In this document: piece by piece, positions 45,228-52,542 of the stretch
How positions within the stretch are numbered: position 1 is the stretch's first letter
Layout: each line of letters begins with the position of its first letter
Assembly (NCBI GenBank): GCA_002404195.1
Contig: DHJF01000001.1
Location: forward strand, 1-52,542
Origin: Candidatus Saccharibacteria bacterium UBA4727
GTDB lineage: Bacteria > Patescibacteriota > Saccharimonadia > Saccharimonadales > Saccharimonadaceae
Direction of reading: 5' to 3'
DNA length: 52,542 nucleotides
Notes under the pieces: model-generated
The model's database searches: none
What the model was told of the DNA's origin: nothing
Seen by the model: the letters and a program-made list of their open reading frames with translations, nothing else
Program-made: the position numbers and the translations under genes

Positions 45228-47212
45228 TGAACGACCTACTGCATTTTATTTTTGGAAAATTATCCTTGAATGCTATCCCGCACGTGCCCATGACCCTTGG
45301 CGCCGGTATAGGCATGCTTCTTGCCCTCGGCAGCCTGATTGGCTTCGTTACTTACCTCAAGCGCTGGAAATGGCTGTGGGCGGAGTGGTTTACCTCACTC
45401 GACCCGAAGAAGATTGGTACCATGTACTTAATCGTGGCAACTATTATGTTGCTTCGTGGTTTTTCCGATGTCATGCTGATGCGTGTCCAGCAGGCGTTAT
45501 CGGTTGGTTCGTCGCACGGTATCGTCGACGCCGCTACCTTCCAGCAGATTTTCTCCGCCCACGGCTCAATCATGATCTTCTTCGTTGCCATGGGTTTGAT
45601 GTTCGGCCTGATTAACCTTGTAGTGCCACTACAAATTGGTGCCCGCGACGTCGCTTTTCCATTCCTAAACTCAATCAGCTTCTGGCTGTTTACCGCCGGT
45701 ATGATTATCATTAACTGTCCCATGGTACTCGGTGAATTCTCGGCGGCTGGCTGGCTGGCATACCCACCACTTTCAGAACTGGCCTACAGTCCGGGTGTCG
45801 GCGTTGACTACTGGATTTGGAGCCTGCAAATTGCCGGTGTCGGCAGCTTGCTCTCTGGCGTTAACTTCCTGGTCACGATTATTAAAATGCGTGCGCCAGG
45901 CATGAAAATGATGCGTCTGCCAATTTTTTCTTGGAGTGTTTTAATTACGATGGTGATGGTGATTTTCGCCTTTCCTATTCTGACCGCCACCCTTGGCATG
46001 CTCTACCTTGATCGCTCAATGGGTATGCATTTCTTTACCGCTGACGGTGGTGGCAATATGATGATGTACGTTAACTTAATTTGGGCCTGGGGCCACCCTG
46101 AAGTCTACATTCTGGTGTTGCCGGCGTTTGGCGTCTTTTCAGAGATCGTGGCGACATTCTCGCGCAAACGACTATTCGGCTATGCATCTATGGTCGGCGC
46201 ACTCAGCGCAATTGCTTTCTTCTCGTTTATCGTCTGGCTCCACCACTTTTTCACCATGGGTGCCGGTTCAGACGTCAACGCTTTCTTTGGCATTATGACG
46301 ATGATTATCGGCATTCCGACTGGGGTAAAAATCTTCAACTGGCTCTTCACGATGTTCCGCGGACGCATCAAGTTCACTAGCCCGATGATTTGGTTCCTCG
46401 GCTTTGTCTTCTTGTTTACCACCGGTGGCATGAGTGGCGTCATGCTGGCGATTCCCGGCATCGACTATCAAGTCCACAACAGCCTCTTTTTGGTCGCCCA
46501 CTTCCATACGATGATTATTAGCGGCGTAGTCTTTGGTCTGTTCGCCGGCGTCACCTACTGGTTCCCAAAGATTTTCGGCTTTAGTCTACACGAAGGCCTC
46601 GGCAAAGCGGCCGCCTGGTGCTGGATTATCGGCTTTATCTTTGCGTTCGGACCGCTCTATATTCTTGGTCTGATGGGTGCTACTCGACGACTTGATCACT
46701 ACGATTCGATTCACGGCTGGCAAACACTCTTTATCGTTGCCGGCGTTGGTGCGATGATTGTCGGTCTCGGTATCGTCTGTCAATTATTGCAAATTTTCTT
46801 CAGTATCAAGAATCGTAAAAAGAATCTTGATACCACCGGTGACCCTTGGAATGGTCGTACCCTTGAATGGTCGACCGTCTCACCAGCACCGTTCTACAAC
46901 TACGCTGTCATTCCGACAATTACCGACCGTGACCAATTCTGGGAAGATAAGCAATCGGGCAAAATCCACGAGCCGAAGCAGTATGCCGACATCAAACTAC
47001 CAAAGAACACTGGCGTCGGTGTGATTGTTGGTGGCCTCAGCTTCTTAGTTGGCTTCGCGGCCGTCTGGCACCTGGCATGGCTCGCCATTGCTGGCGTCCT
47101 CGCAACTATTATCATCTTGATTATTCATTTATCACGTGATGATAACGAATACACTATTTCAGCCGAAGAACTTAAAAAACTTGATACGCCCAGAAAGGAG
47201 CAACTAGCATGA
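45227..47212 (+). CDS. cyoB: Cytochrome bo3-type quinol oxidase subunit I
   Basis: 661 aa heme-copper oxidase core (WAWGHPEVYILVLPAFG, HHFFTMG, VAHFHTM). TAATG overlap with cyoA. Confidence 0.95.
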   Translation: MNDLLHFIFGKLSLNAIPHVPMTLGAGIGMLLALGSLIGFVTYLKRWKWLWAEWFTSLDPKKIGTMYLIVATIMLLRGFSDVMLMRVQQALSVGSSHGIVDAATFQQIFSAHGSIMIFFVAMGLMFGLINLVVPLQIGARDVAFPFLNSISFWLFTAGMIIINCPMVLGEFSAAGWLAYPPLSELAYSPGVGVDYWIWSLQIAGVGSLLSGVNFLVTIIKMRAPGMKMMRLPIFSWSVLITMVMVIFAFPILTATLGMLYLDRSMGMHFFTADGGGNMMMYVNLIWAWGHPEVYILVLPAFGVFSEIVATFSRKRLFGYASMVGALSAIAFFSFIVWLHHFFTMGAGSDVNAFFGIMTMIIGIPTGVKIFNWLFTMFRGRIKFTSPMIWFLGFVFLFTTGGMSGVMLAIPGIDYQVHNSLFLVAHFHTMIISGVVFGLFAGVTYWFPKIFGFSLHEGLGKAAAWCWIIGFIFAFGPLYILGLMGATRRLDHYDSIHGWQTLFIVAGVGAMIVGLGIVCQLLQIFFSIKNRKKNLDTTGDPWNGRTLEWSTVSPAPFYNYAVIPTITDRDQFWEDKQSGKIHEPKQYADIKLPKNTGVGVIVGGLSFLVGFAAVWHLAWLAIAGVLATIIILIIHLSRDDNEYTISAEELKKLDTPRKEQLA

Positions 47213-47808
47213 ACGACACCGCCGCCATACCCCCCCTCGACCATGCCGCCAAAGAAAAAACACTGTTCGGCTTTTGGGTCTATCTCATGACCGACTGTCT
47301 CTTATTCGGTAGCTTGTTTGCTACCTACGCCGTCCTACACGGCAATACGTTTGGCGGTCTGGCGGCGGGTGACCTTTTCAACATGCCCGTTGCGCTGGCC
47401 GAAACACTTATCCTGCTGACAAGTAGCTTCTGCTGCGGCCTGGCAATGCTCGCCGTTCAAGCCGGCCGCAAACGCCAGGCACTCCTCTGGCTTGGGTTCA
47501 CTGCCGCTCTTGGCCTCACCTTCTTAACCTTTGAGATTCGTGAATTCGCCCAGCTCGTCGCTGACGGCGATAGCTGGGCGCGCAGCGGTTTTTTGTCTGC
47601 CTTCTTTACACTCGTTGGTACGCACGGACTGCACATCACCATCGGTCTGCTTTGGCTAGGAGTCCTTGTCTGGCAAGTCATCCACCGCGGCTTTACGAAG
47701 CACGTCGTACGCCGCCTCACGCTGTTTAGTATGTTCTGGCACTTCCTCGATGTTATTTGGATTTTTATCTTTACCGTCGTTTACCTCATGGGGGCACTCC
47801 GTATATGA
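47209..47808 (+). CDS. cyoC: Cytochrome bo3-type quinol oxidase subunit III
   Basis: 199 aa. LFGFWVYLMTDCLLFGSLFATYAVL closely parallels E. coli CyoC. Confidence 0.9.
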   Translation: MNDTAAIPPLDHAAKEKTLFGFWVYLMTDCLLFGSLFATYAVLHGNTFGGLAAGDLFNMPVALAETLILLTSSFCCGLAMLAVQAGRKRQALLWLGFTAALGLTFLTFEIREFAQLVADGDSWARSGFLSAFFTLVGTHGLHITIGLLWLGVLVWQVIHRGFTKHVVRRLTLFSMFWHFLDVIWIFIFTVVYLMGALRI

Positions 47809-48152
47809 AAAATAATCGCACACTCATTTCGTATGCCGTTGGATTTTTATCGTCAATCGGCCTGACACTTTTCGCCTTTTGGGTGGTGACCTACCATATC
47901 CTCGATGGCTGGTCGGCTGTATGGACAATTCTTGCGCTGGCTCTCGTGCAATGTGCCATTCAGCTCTTCTTCTTCCTCCACCTCGGCTCCGATACACGCC
48001 CGCGCTGGAAGTTTTTGTCGATGATTTTTATGCTCGTCATTCTGACTATCGTCGTTGTTGGCTCGCTCTGGATAATGAATAGTCTAAACGACCGTATGAT
48101 GATGACTCCCAAGCAAATGACCAAATACATGGACAACCAAGCAGGACTATAA
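47805..48152 (+). CDS. cyoD: Cytochrome bo3-type quinol oxidase subunit IV
   Basis: MKNNRTLISYAVGFLSSIGLTLFAFWVV. Start at 47805 (ATGA overlap with cyoC) rather than the track start at 47757. Confidence 0.8.
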   Translation: MKNNRTLISYAVGFLSSIGLTLFAFWVVTYHILDGWSAVWTILALALVQCAIQLFFFLHLGSDTRPRWKFLSMIFMLVILTIVVVGSLWIMNSLNDRMMMTPKQMTKYMDNQAGL

Positions 48153-49024
48153 TGGAGACGGTAAAGCGTTACTATTCGCTCACGAAGCCTGGTGTCTTGT
48201 ACGGCAACGCCCTCACGGCCGTTGCCGGATTCCTTCTGGCGAGCTTTAGTATCACCCGTCATGTTGACTGGTGGCTGTTTGTCAGTTTGACTATCGGCAC
48301 AACTCTCATTATTGCCGCTGCCTGCGTCCTCAATAACTACCTCGACCAAGATATTGATCGTCTGATGGAGCGTACTAAAACGCGCGTATCGGTACTCGGC
48401 AGTATTCCTGGTCCGCATATCGTATGGTTTGCGGTCATTTTAGGTACTATCGGTACCCTCATCCTCATTCTTTGGACAAACTGGTTAGTAGTCGGTATTG
48501 GCCTCGCCGGCTTTGTGACCTATGTCTGGCTGTACGGTGCCTTATCTAAACGGCGTTCGATTCACGGCACGCTGGTAGGTAGTATCTCTGGTGCCATGCC
48601 AATTCTGGCTGGCTACTGTGCTGTCAGTGGCCGGTTGGACATTGGTGCGCTCGTCGTGTTCGTCATTCTCTTTGCCTGGCAGTTCCCCGAGTTCTACTCG
48701 ATTGCCATTTATCGTTACAAGGAATACAAAACCGCTCACATCCCACTTCTCCCTATCGTCAAAGGCATCCCACGTACCAAACGTGACATTTTGCTATATA
48801 CCATCGTCTACGTCATCGCCACGCTTAGCCTGACTCCGCTCGGATACACCGGCATCACTTACCTTGTCGTTATGGCACTCCTCGGTGGTTACTGGCTATA
48901 TCTTGCCATTATCGGCCAACGCGCGCGTGACGACGACGCTTGGGCGCGGCGCATGTTCAAATTCTCTATGACCACCATTCTCGCACTCTGTATTATGCTC
49001 TCCGTCGGCCCACTGCTACCGTAA
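48152..49024 (+). CDS. cyoE: Protoheme IX farnesyltransferase (heme O synthase)
   Basis: 290 aa UbiA-family protein (NNYLDQDIDRLMERTKTR). 1-nt overlap with cyoD. Confidence 0.9.
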   Translation: METVKRYYSLTKPGVLYGNALTAVAGFLLASFSITRHVDWWLFVSLTIGTTLIIAAACVLNNYLDQDIDRLMERTKTRVSVLGSIPGPHIVWFAVILGTIGTLILILWTNWLVVGIGLAGFVTYVWLYGALSKRRSIHGTLVGSISGAMPILAGYCAVSGRLDIGALVVFVILFAWQFPEFYSIAIYRYKEYKTAHIPLLPIVKGIPRTKRDILLYTIVYVIATLSLTPLGYTGITYLVVMALLGGYWLYLAIIGQRARDDDAWARRMFKFSMTTILALCIMLSVGPLLP

Positions 49025-49044
49025 CTAGGGCGTATACTACCTAC

Positions 49045-50409
49045 ATGACCAAACAACAAAAATTGATTCTCTTTATCGCTATCCTGGCATCATTTGTCAC
49101 TTTTTTAGACGGTTCGGTCGTTGGCGTAGCATTGCCGGCTATCAGCAGGCAACTTGGTGGCGGTCTCCTTACTCAACAATGGGTGAATGACGCTTACCTC
49201 ATTACACTCGGAACGCTCATTTTAGCAGCCGGCTCACTGTCGGATATTTTTGGTCGCAAAAAGATTCTCACTATTGGGCTGTACGGTTTTTTAATAACGT
49301 CACTTGCCTGCGCGATTGCACCATCGAGCCTCATTCTTATTATCGCTCGTGGCCTACAGGGTGTTACCGGTGCCTTACTCGTCCCCAGCTCGCTGGCACT
49401 TATCATTAGTGCTTTCTCGGGCAAGGCTCAAGCAAAAGCAATTGGTAGCTGGACCGCCTGGACTGGGATCGCCTTTGTCGTCGGGCCACTCATCGGCGGC
49501 CTGATGGTCGATTTCATGTCATGGCGCCTTGTCTTTGCTATCAATGTCATTCCCATCGCTGTCGCACTCTGGCTACTCCGCACCGTCGTTACCGCGCGCA
49601 CGACAACACGCGAAAAGATTGATACTCATGGCATTTGGCTCGGTATTGTCGCACTCGGTGGCATTGTCTACGCGCTCATCGAACAAGGCCGTTACGGCTG
49701 GGGCAGTCCGCTGATTTACGCCACATTCGGCCTGGGCGCGCTCGCCCTGGCGAGCTTCATTGTCCACGAACGCCGCACTCCGCAGCCAATGCTACCATTA
49801 TCGCTTTTTCACACGCGTAATTTTGGCGTCGGCAATGTTGCCACCTTCTTTATCTATGGGGCGTTATCGCTCCAGGGCTTTTTGCTCGTTATCTTCTTGC
49901 AGCAAACCGCCCATTACTCAGCCCTTGCGGCTGGCATGAGCTCAATTCCCGTCACGATTCTCCTGTTCTTCCTATCGTCGCGCTTTGGGGCATTGTCTGG
50001 CACGTATGGACCACGCCTATTTATGACACTCGGGCCAATTATTAGTGGCCTGGGCACACTTCTCATGCTATCGGTCCGACTGCCAACCGATTACCTCACG
50101 CAGCTACTGCCGGGTATTCTCGTCTTTGGCCTTGGCCTGGCTATAACCGTTGCGCCACTCACCTCAGCCATTCTTGGCTCTATCGAACAGGCTCAAGCCG
50201 GCATCGGTTCAGCCATCAACAATGCCATTGCTCGTATCGCTGGCCTATTGGCGATTGCCGCTATTGGTATTTTTATCGGCAACAGCATTACGCTCGCCGG
50301 CTTTCATGTCGGTATGATTATCTGCGCAGCCTTACTTATATTCGGTGGTATATTATCTGCAATCGGCATAGAAAATAAGTCCGCCTCCGCGCCAACATCA
50401 TCCTCATAG
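49045..50409 (+). CDS. MFS transporter (DHA2/EmrB-like, 14 TM)
   Basis: MTKQQKLILFIAILASFVTFLDGSVVGVALPAI..., LSDIFGRKK. Start at 49045; the track start at 48940 overlaps cyoE. Confidence 0.85.
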   Translation: MTKQQKLILFIAILASFVTFLDGSVVGVALPAISRQLGGGLLTQQWVNDAYLITLGTLILAAGSLSDIFGRKKILTIGLYGFLITSLACAIAPSSLILIIARGLQGVTGALLVPSSLALIISAFSGKAQAKAIGSWTAWTGIAFVVGPLIGGLMVDFMSWRLVFAINVIPIAVALWLLRTVVTARTTTREKIDTHGIWLGIVALGGIVYALIEQGRYGWGSPLIYATFGLGALALASFIVHERRTPQPMLPLSLFHTRNFGVGNVATFFIYGALSLQGFLLVIFLQQTAHYSALAAGMSSIPVTILLFFLSSRFGALSGTYGPRLFMTLGPIISGLGTLLMLSVRLPTDYLTQLLPGILVFGLGLAITVAPLTSAILGSIEQAQAGIGSAINNAIARIAGLLAIAAIGIFIGNSITLAGFHVGMIICAALLIFGGILSAIGIENKSASAPTSSS

Positions 50410-50420
50410 TAGTGACGCCC

Positions 50421-50449
50421 TTGAGCCAGTACAGAGAAAATGGTACAAT
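50421..50449 (+). promoter_or_regulatory. Promoter of tRNA-Gln (TTGAGC-17-TACAAT with TGn extension)
   Basis: TTGAGC at 50421-26 and TGgTACAAT at 50441-49, ~34 nt upstream of the tRNA 5' end. Confidence 0.6.
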
Positions 50450-50482
50450 TCGTAATGCTGGCACGCGCAGCACCGACACTAT

Positions 50483-50557
50483 TGGGGTGTCGCCAAGTGG
50501 TAAGGCACTGGTTTCTGGTACCAGCATTCGGGGGTTCGAATCCCTCCACCCCAGCCA
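50483..50557 (+). tRNA. tRNA-Gln (anticodon CUG), CCA encoded
   Basis: Hand-folded cloverleaf. Acceptor UGGGGUG/CACCCCA with U1-A72 and G73. Anticodon stem CUGGU/ACCAG with loop UUCUGGU. T arm GGGGG-UUCGAAU-CCCUC. Near-identical in layout to E. coli tRNA-Gln. Confidence 0.9.
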
Positions 50558-50571
50558 AGATGATTATGCTT

Positions 50572-50598
50572 AAAATGACCTCTTTTGAGGTCATTTTT
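50572..50598 (+). terminator. Intrinsic terminator after tRNA-Gln
   Basis: aaaatgacctc-tttt-gaggtcatttt(t). Confidence 0.75.
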
Positions 50599-50646
50599 GC
50601 TTATGCTTGCGTAACTCACTATCATCAAACATAATGCTCCCATACT

Positions 50647-51651
50647 ATGGGAAAGATATTCAGCCCTGAGACAGTCGAGAAGAATGACGTACCTGAACCT
50701 GGAGCGCATCGTGCTGCGGGGAGATTTATACTTGATAAGTTTAGAAATGATGCTTTAAGTTACTCAATCGGTGGTGTTATGGTATATGGTTCAACTGCAC
50801 TTGGCACGGCAAATATACGTAGCGATGTCGACGTTCTTTTTACTTATTATCCAAGCCATTCTAAAGGCCTTGATGAGATTCGAGACGTTTTTTTGGAAGC
50901 AGAAAACGACTACAGGGTTCCCGTCGAACCGAATCCACAAAGTGTAGGAGCATTATTTGATCCACTCCAACATACAATCGATCCCGCGTTTGCGGCTCAC
51001 CTTTATCATGTTCAAGATAATCCAGAATGGAGCTACAACTTTCCTGCCACAGGATTATACATGAGTCATGAGGATAGACAGCTCCAGGAGAGGCTCCGCC
51101 CTTCTGCTCTTCGTTTTTCGGCGGGAAAGCGAAGACTATTTGCGAAATCAATCGTTAATTATCGAGGTGAAACTGAATGCAATGCGTTTCAACGCGCGCT
51201 TGAATTGCCGAATGCTATCGGTAGAAAAGTCCTCAGTTTCGAAGCAAAGATAGACGATAGCATATCCGCCGAGATTAGCAGCGATAAAAATGGCACGATT
51301 GATAAAACACACCGACGCATGTTAGAGCTTGATGCCGCATGGAGTATAGTCGCGAATGCCCCGAAAGCGTACATGCAACTAGCCGAACTTGACGAGGAGT
51401 ATACAAGCTTATTGGAAAATACACTTAACCACACGGTTAGTATCGCATCTTATAAGCAATGGCTACAGGAAAACTATATGCCCGCTTTGAAGATGGCGCA
51501 TGACGCTAGCGATTTTTGGGTGCAGGTTATTGACAGGGACTTTGATACGCGCGATAAGAAAAAAGAAGAAGCAGAGATAGAAGAACTACGTGCTCAATGG
51601 GAAAAACAACGTGAAGCTATGGGCGATACCTTGCCCGATTATGATTATTGA
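50647..51651 (+). CDS. Pol-beta-superfamily nucleotidyltransferase with a helical C-terminal domain (ANT/AadA-like motif)
   Basis: 334 aa. GGVMVYGSTALGTANIRSDVDVLF is the GS...D.D NTase motif. TTGCGT-17-CATAAT promoter at 50607-50635. AGA/TTA-rich codons and visibly lower G+C than neighbours. Confidence 0.7.
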   Translation: MGKIFSPETVEKNDVPEPGAHRAAGRFILDKFRNDALSYSIGGVMVYGSTALGTANIRSDVDVLFTYYPSHSKGLDEIRDVFLEAENDYRVPVEPNPQSVGALFDPLQHTIDPAFAAHLYHVQDNPEWSYNFPATGLYMSHEDRQLQERLRPSALRFSAGKRRLFAKSIVNYRGETECNAFQRALELPNAIGRKVLSFEAKIDDSISAEISSDKNGTIDKTHRRMLELDAAWSIVANAPKAYMQLAELDEEYTSLLENTLNHTVSIASYKQWLQENYMPALKMAHDASDFWVQVIDRDFDTRDKKKEEAEIEELRAQWEKQREAMGDTLPDYDY

Positions 51652-51691
51652 GGCGTCGACTAACACTAACTAAATCAAATCACTCTACGCA

Positions 51692-51767
51692 CAGCATTTC
51701 CTGAAACACATCCACTAACCCCAGCCAGATACGACATATTGAAATGAGACCCATGTGGGTCTCATTT
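51692..51767 (+). repeat. Decayed direct copy of the tRNA-Gln 3' half plus a terminator hairpin (repeat R2)
   Basis: gcatttcctgaaacacatccactaaccccagcca versus tRNA gcattcgggggttcgaatccctccaccccagcca gives 21/34 ungapped identity, including the terminal ACCCCAGCCA 10-mer. GAT follows, then hairpin aaatgagaccc-atgt-gggtctcattt (51742-51767). Confidence 0.5.
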
Positions 51768-51781
51768 GTTATACTACAATC

Positions 51782-52402
51782 ATGACTAATATACATCCCG
51801 AAACTCTCACGTACGACGAAGACACGGCAGAGGCCGGATGGGATTCGCCCGAGCGTGCCCAGCGTCTTGTAGAAGGCTTCGTTGTATCTGGATCACTCGT
51901 TCTTGATGTCGGGATTGGTACAGGCCAGGCTGTAAAAGGATATCAAGAAAAAGGCGCTTCGGTGGTTGGAATTGACCACGACCCCGCAATGATTGAGGTA
52001 GCACGCGCCGCCACTGGCGCAAGTGACGTACGATTGGGTGACATAAATGAGGCGCTTCCTACCGAAGACCTGACGCGTAGTGTGGATGTTATTCAGGCGA
52101 TAGGCGTGCTTGAATTTGCAACAAACCTACGCGGCACGATTACAGAGCTTGCTGCGAGCCTAAAAGATAGAGGGGTTATTGTCTTTACCATCGAAGTAGC
52201 CCAGGATGAATCCGAGACTAAAGTGATTGAGTATTTTCCAGACTCTGGTATCACAGTATTCCGCCATTCTCTTGAAGAGGTTTCGACGATACTGGAGGGT
52301 TTAGGCTTAAAACTATTACATTGTGAAGCATACAGAGGATATACTCGTGGCAATAAGAGTGTACCGTACGCTGTCTTTTTGGCGCAGAAATCGAATAAAT
52401 AG
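51782..52402 (+). CDS. Class I SAM-dependent methyltransferase
   Basis: MTNIHPETL... with motif I VLDVGIGTGQ. Start at 51782, 6 nt after TGtTATACT (51767-51775). The track start at 51755 lies inside the preceding terminator. Confidence 0.8.
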   Translation: MTNIHPETLTYDEDTAEAGWDSPERAQRLVEGFVVSGSLVLDVGIGTGQAVKGYQEKGASVVGIDHDPAMIEVARAATGASDVRLGDINEALPTEDLTRSVDVIQAIGVLEFATNLRGTITELAASLKDRGVIVFTIEVAQDESETKVIEYFPDSGITVFRHSLEEVSTILEGLGLKLLHCEAYRGYTRGNKSVPYAVFLAQKSNK

Positions 52403-52412
52403 ACGTGTCTTT

Positions 52413-52475
52413 GCGTACCTAACTCACACGCTCAACCAAGATTATTGCAAAAAGATCTCTTCGGAGGTCTTTTTT
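52413..52475 (+). repeat. Third, weaker copy of the tRNA-3'-end/terminator module (repeat R3); also a bidirectional terminator
   Basis: caaccaagat versus tRNA-flank cagccaagat (9/10). It is followed by aaaagatctc-ttcg-gaggtctttttt, which parallels aaaatgacctc-tttt-gaggtcattttt. Confidence 0.35.
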
Positions 52476-52542
52476 GTTTGCCATTAGGTTCTCCAGGGTG
52501 ACTGTGCGGTAGGCTCTAATGGTCGACCCACTAAACATATAG

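Noticed and set aside
52484-52542. Possible 3' end of a minus-strand gene entering from beyond the window (...ICLVGRPLEPTAQSPWRT*)
   Set aside because: Only 19 codons are visible, too short to distinguish from chance. Noted because it would make the 52450-52475 hairpin a bidirectional terminator.
1-52542. CRISPR arrays, rRNA genes, prophage or recognisable defence-system gene clusters
   Set aside because: I saw no regularly spaced direct repeats, no rRNA-like conserved stretches, and no integrase, transposase, Cas, restriction or abortive-infection gene signatures in any ORF translation. The exception is the HEPN-like ORF, reported separately.

Overview
This 52.5-kb window looks like chromosomal DNA from a small-genome, host-dependent bacterium. 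Gene content suggests Candidatus Saccharibacteria (TM7) or a related Patescibacteria lineage; that assignment is inference, not a database result. The window is gene-dense, with about 55 CDS, mostly on the minus strand and often joined by 1-4 nt start/stop overlaps. Housekeeping genes: pilB (partial), dnaE, galU, gatC-gatA-X-gatB, a DEAD-box helicase, uvrB, pheST, rmuC, trxB, ppa and rel. A co-directional block (17993-26521) carries a LOG-like protein, two PfkB kinases, class II aldolase, split transketolase, rpe, rpiB and gap. A minimal aerobic chain is present: NDH-2 plus cyoABCDE. One tRNA-Gln(CUG) is present; no rRNA genes or CRISPR arrays were seen. Regions worth a second look: (1) an unclassified ~335-nt structured RNA gene with a perfect sigma70 promoter and a strong terminator (20167-20540); (2) a 472-bp G+C-rich non-coding element bounded by 28-bp imperfect inverted repeats (40905-41376); (3) decayed direct copies of the tRNA-Gln 3' half plus its terminator, bracketing two single-gene units (nucleotidyltransferase, methyltransferase) at 50522-52475; (4) a membrane-anchored HEPN-like ORF translationally coupled inside the gatCAB operon; (5) a recurring extended -10 motif placed 6-7 nt from the ATG, which predicts leaderless mRNAs; (6) a truncated membrane-protein remnant abutting cyoA. 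All calls come from reading the sequence and ORF translations. No searches or computations were run.
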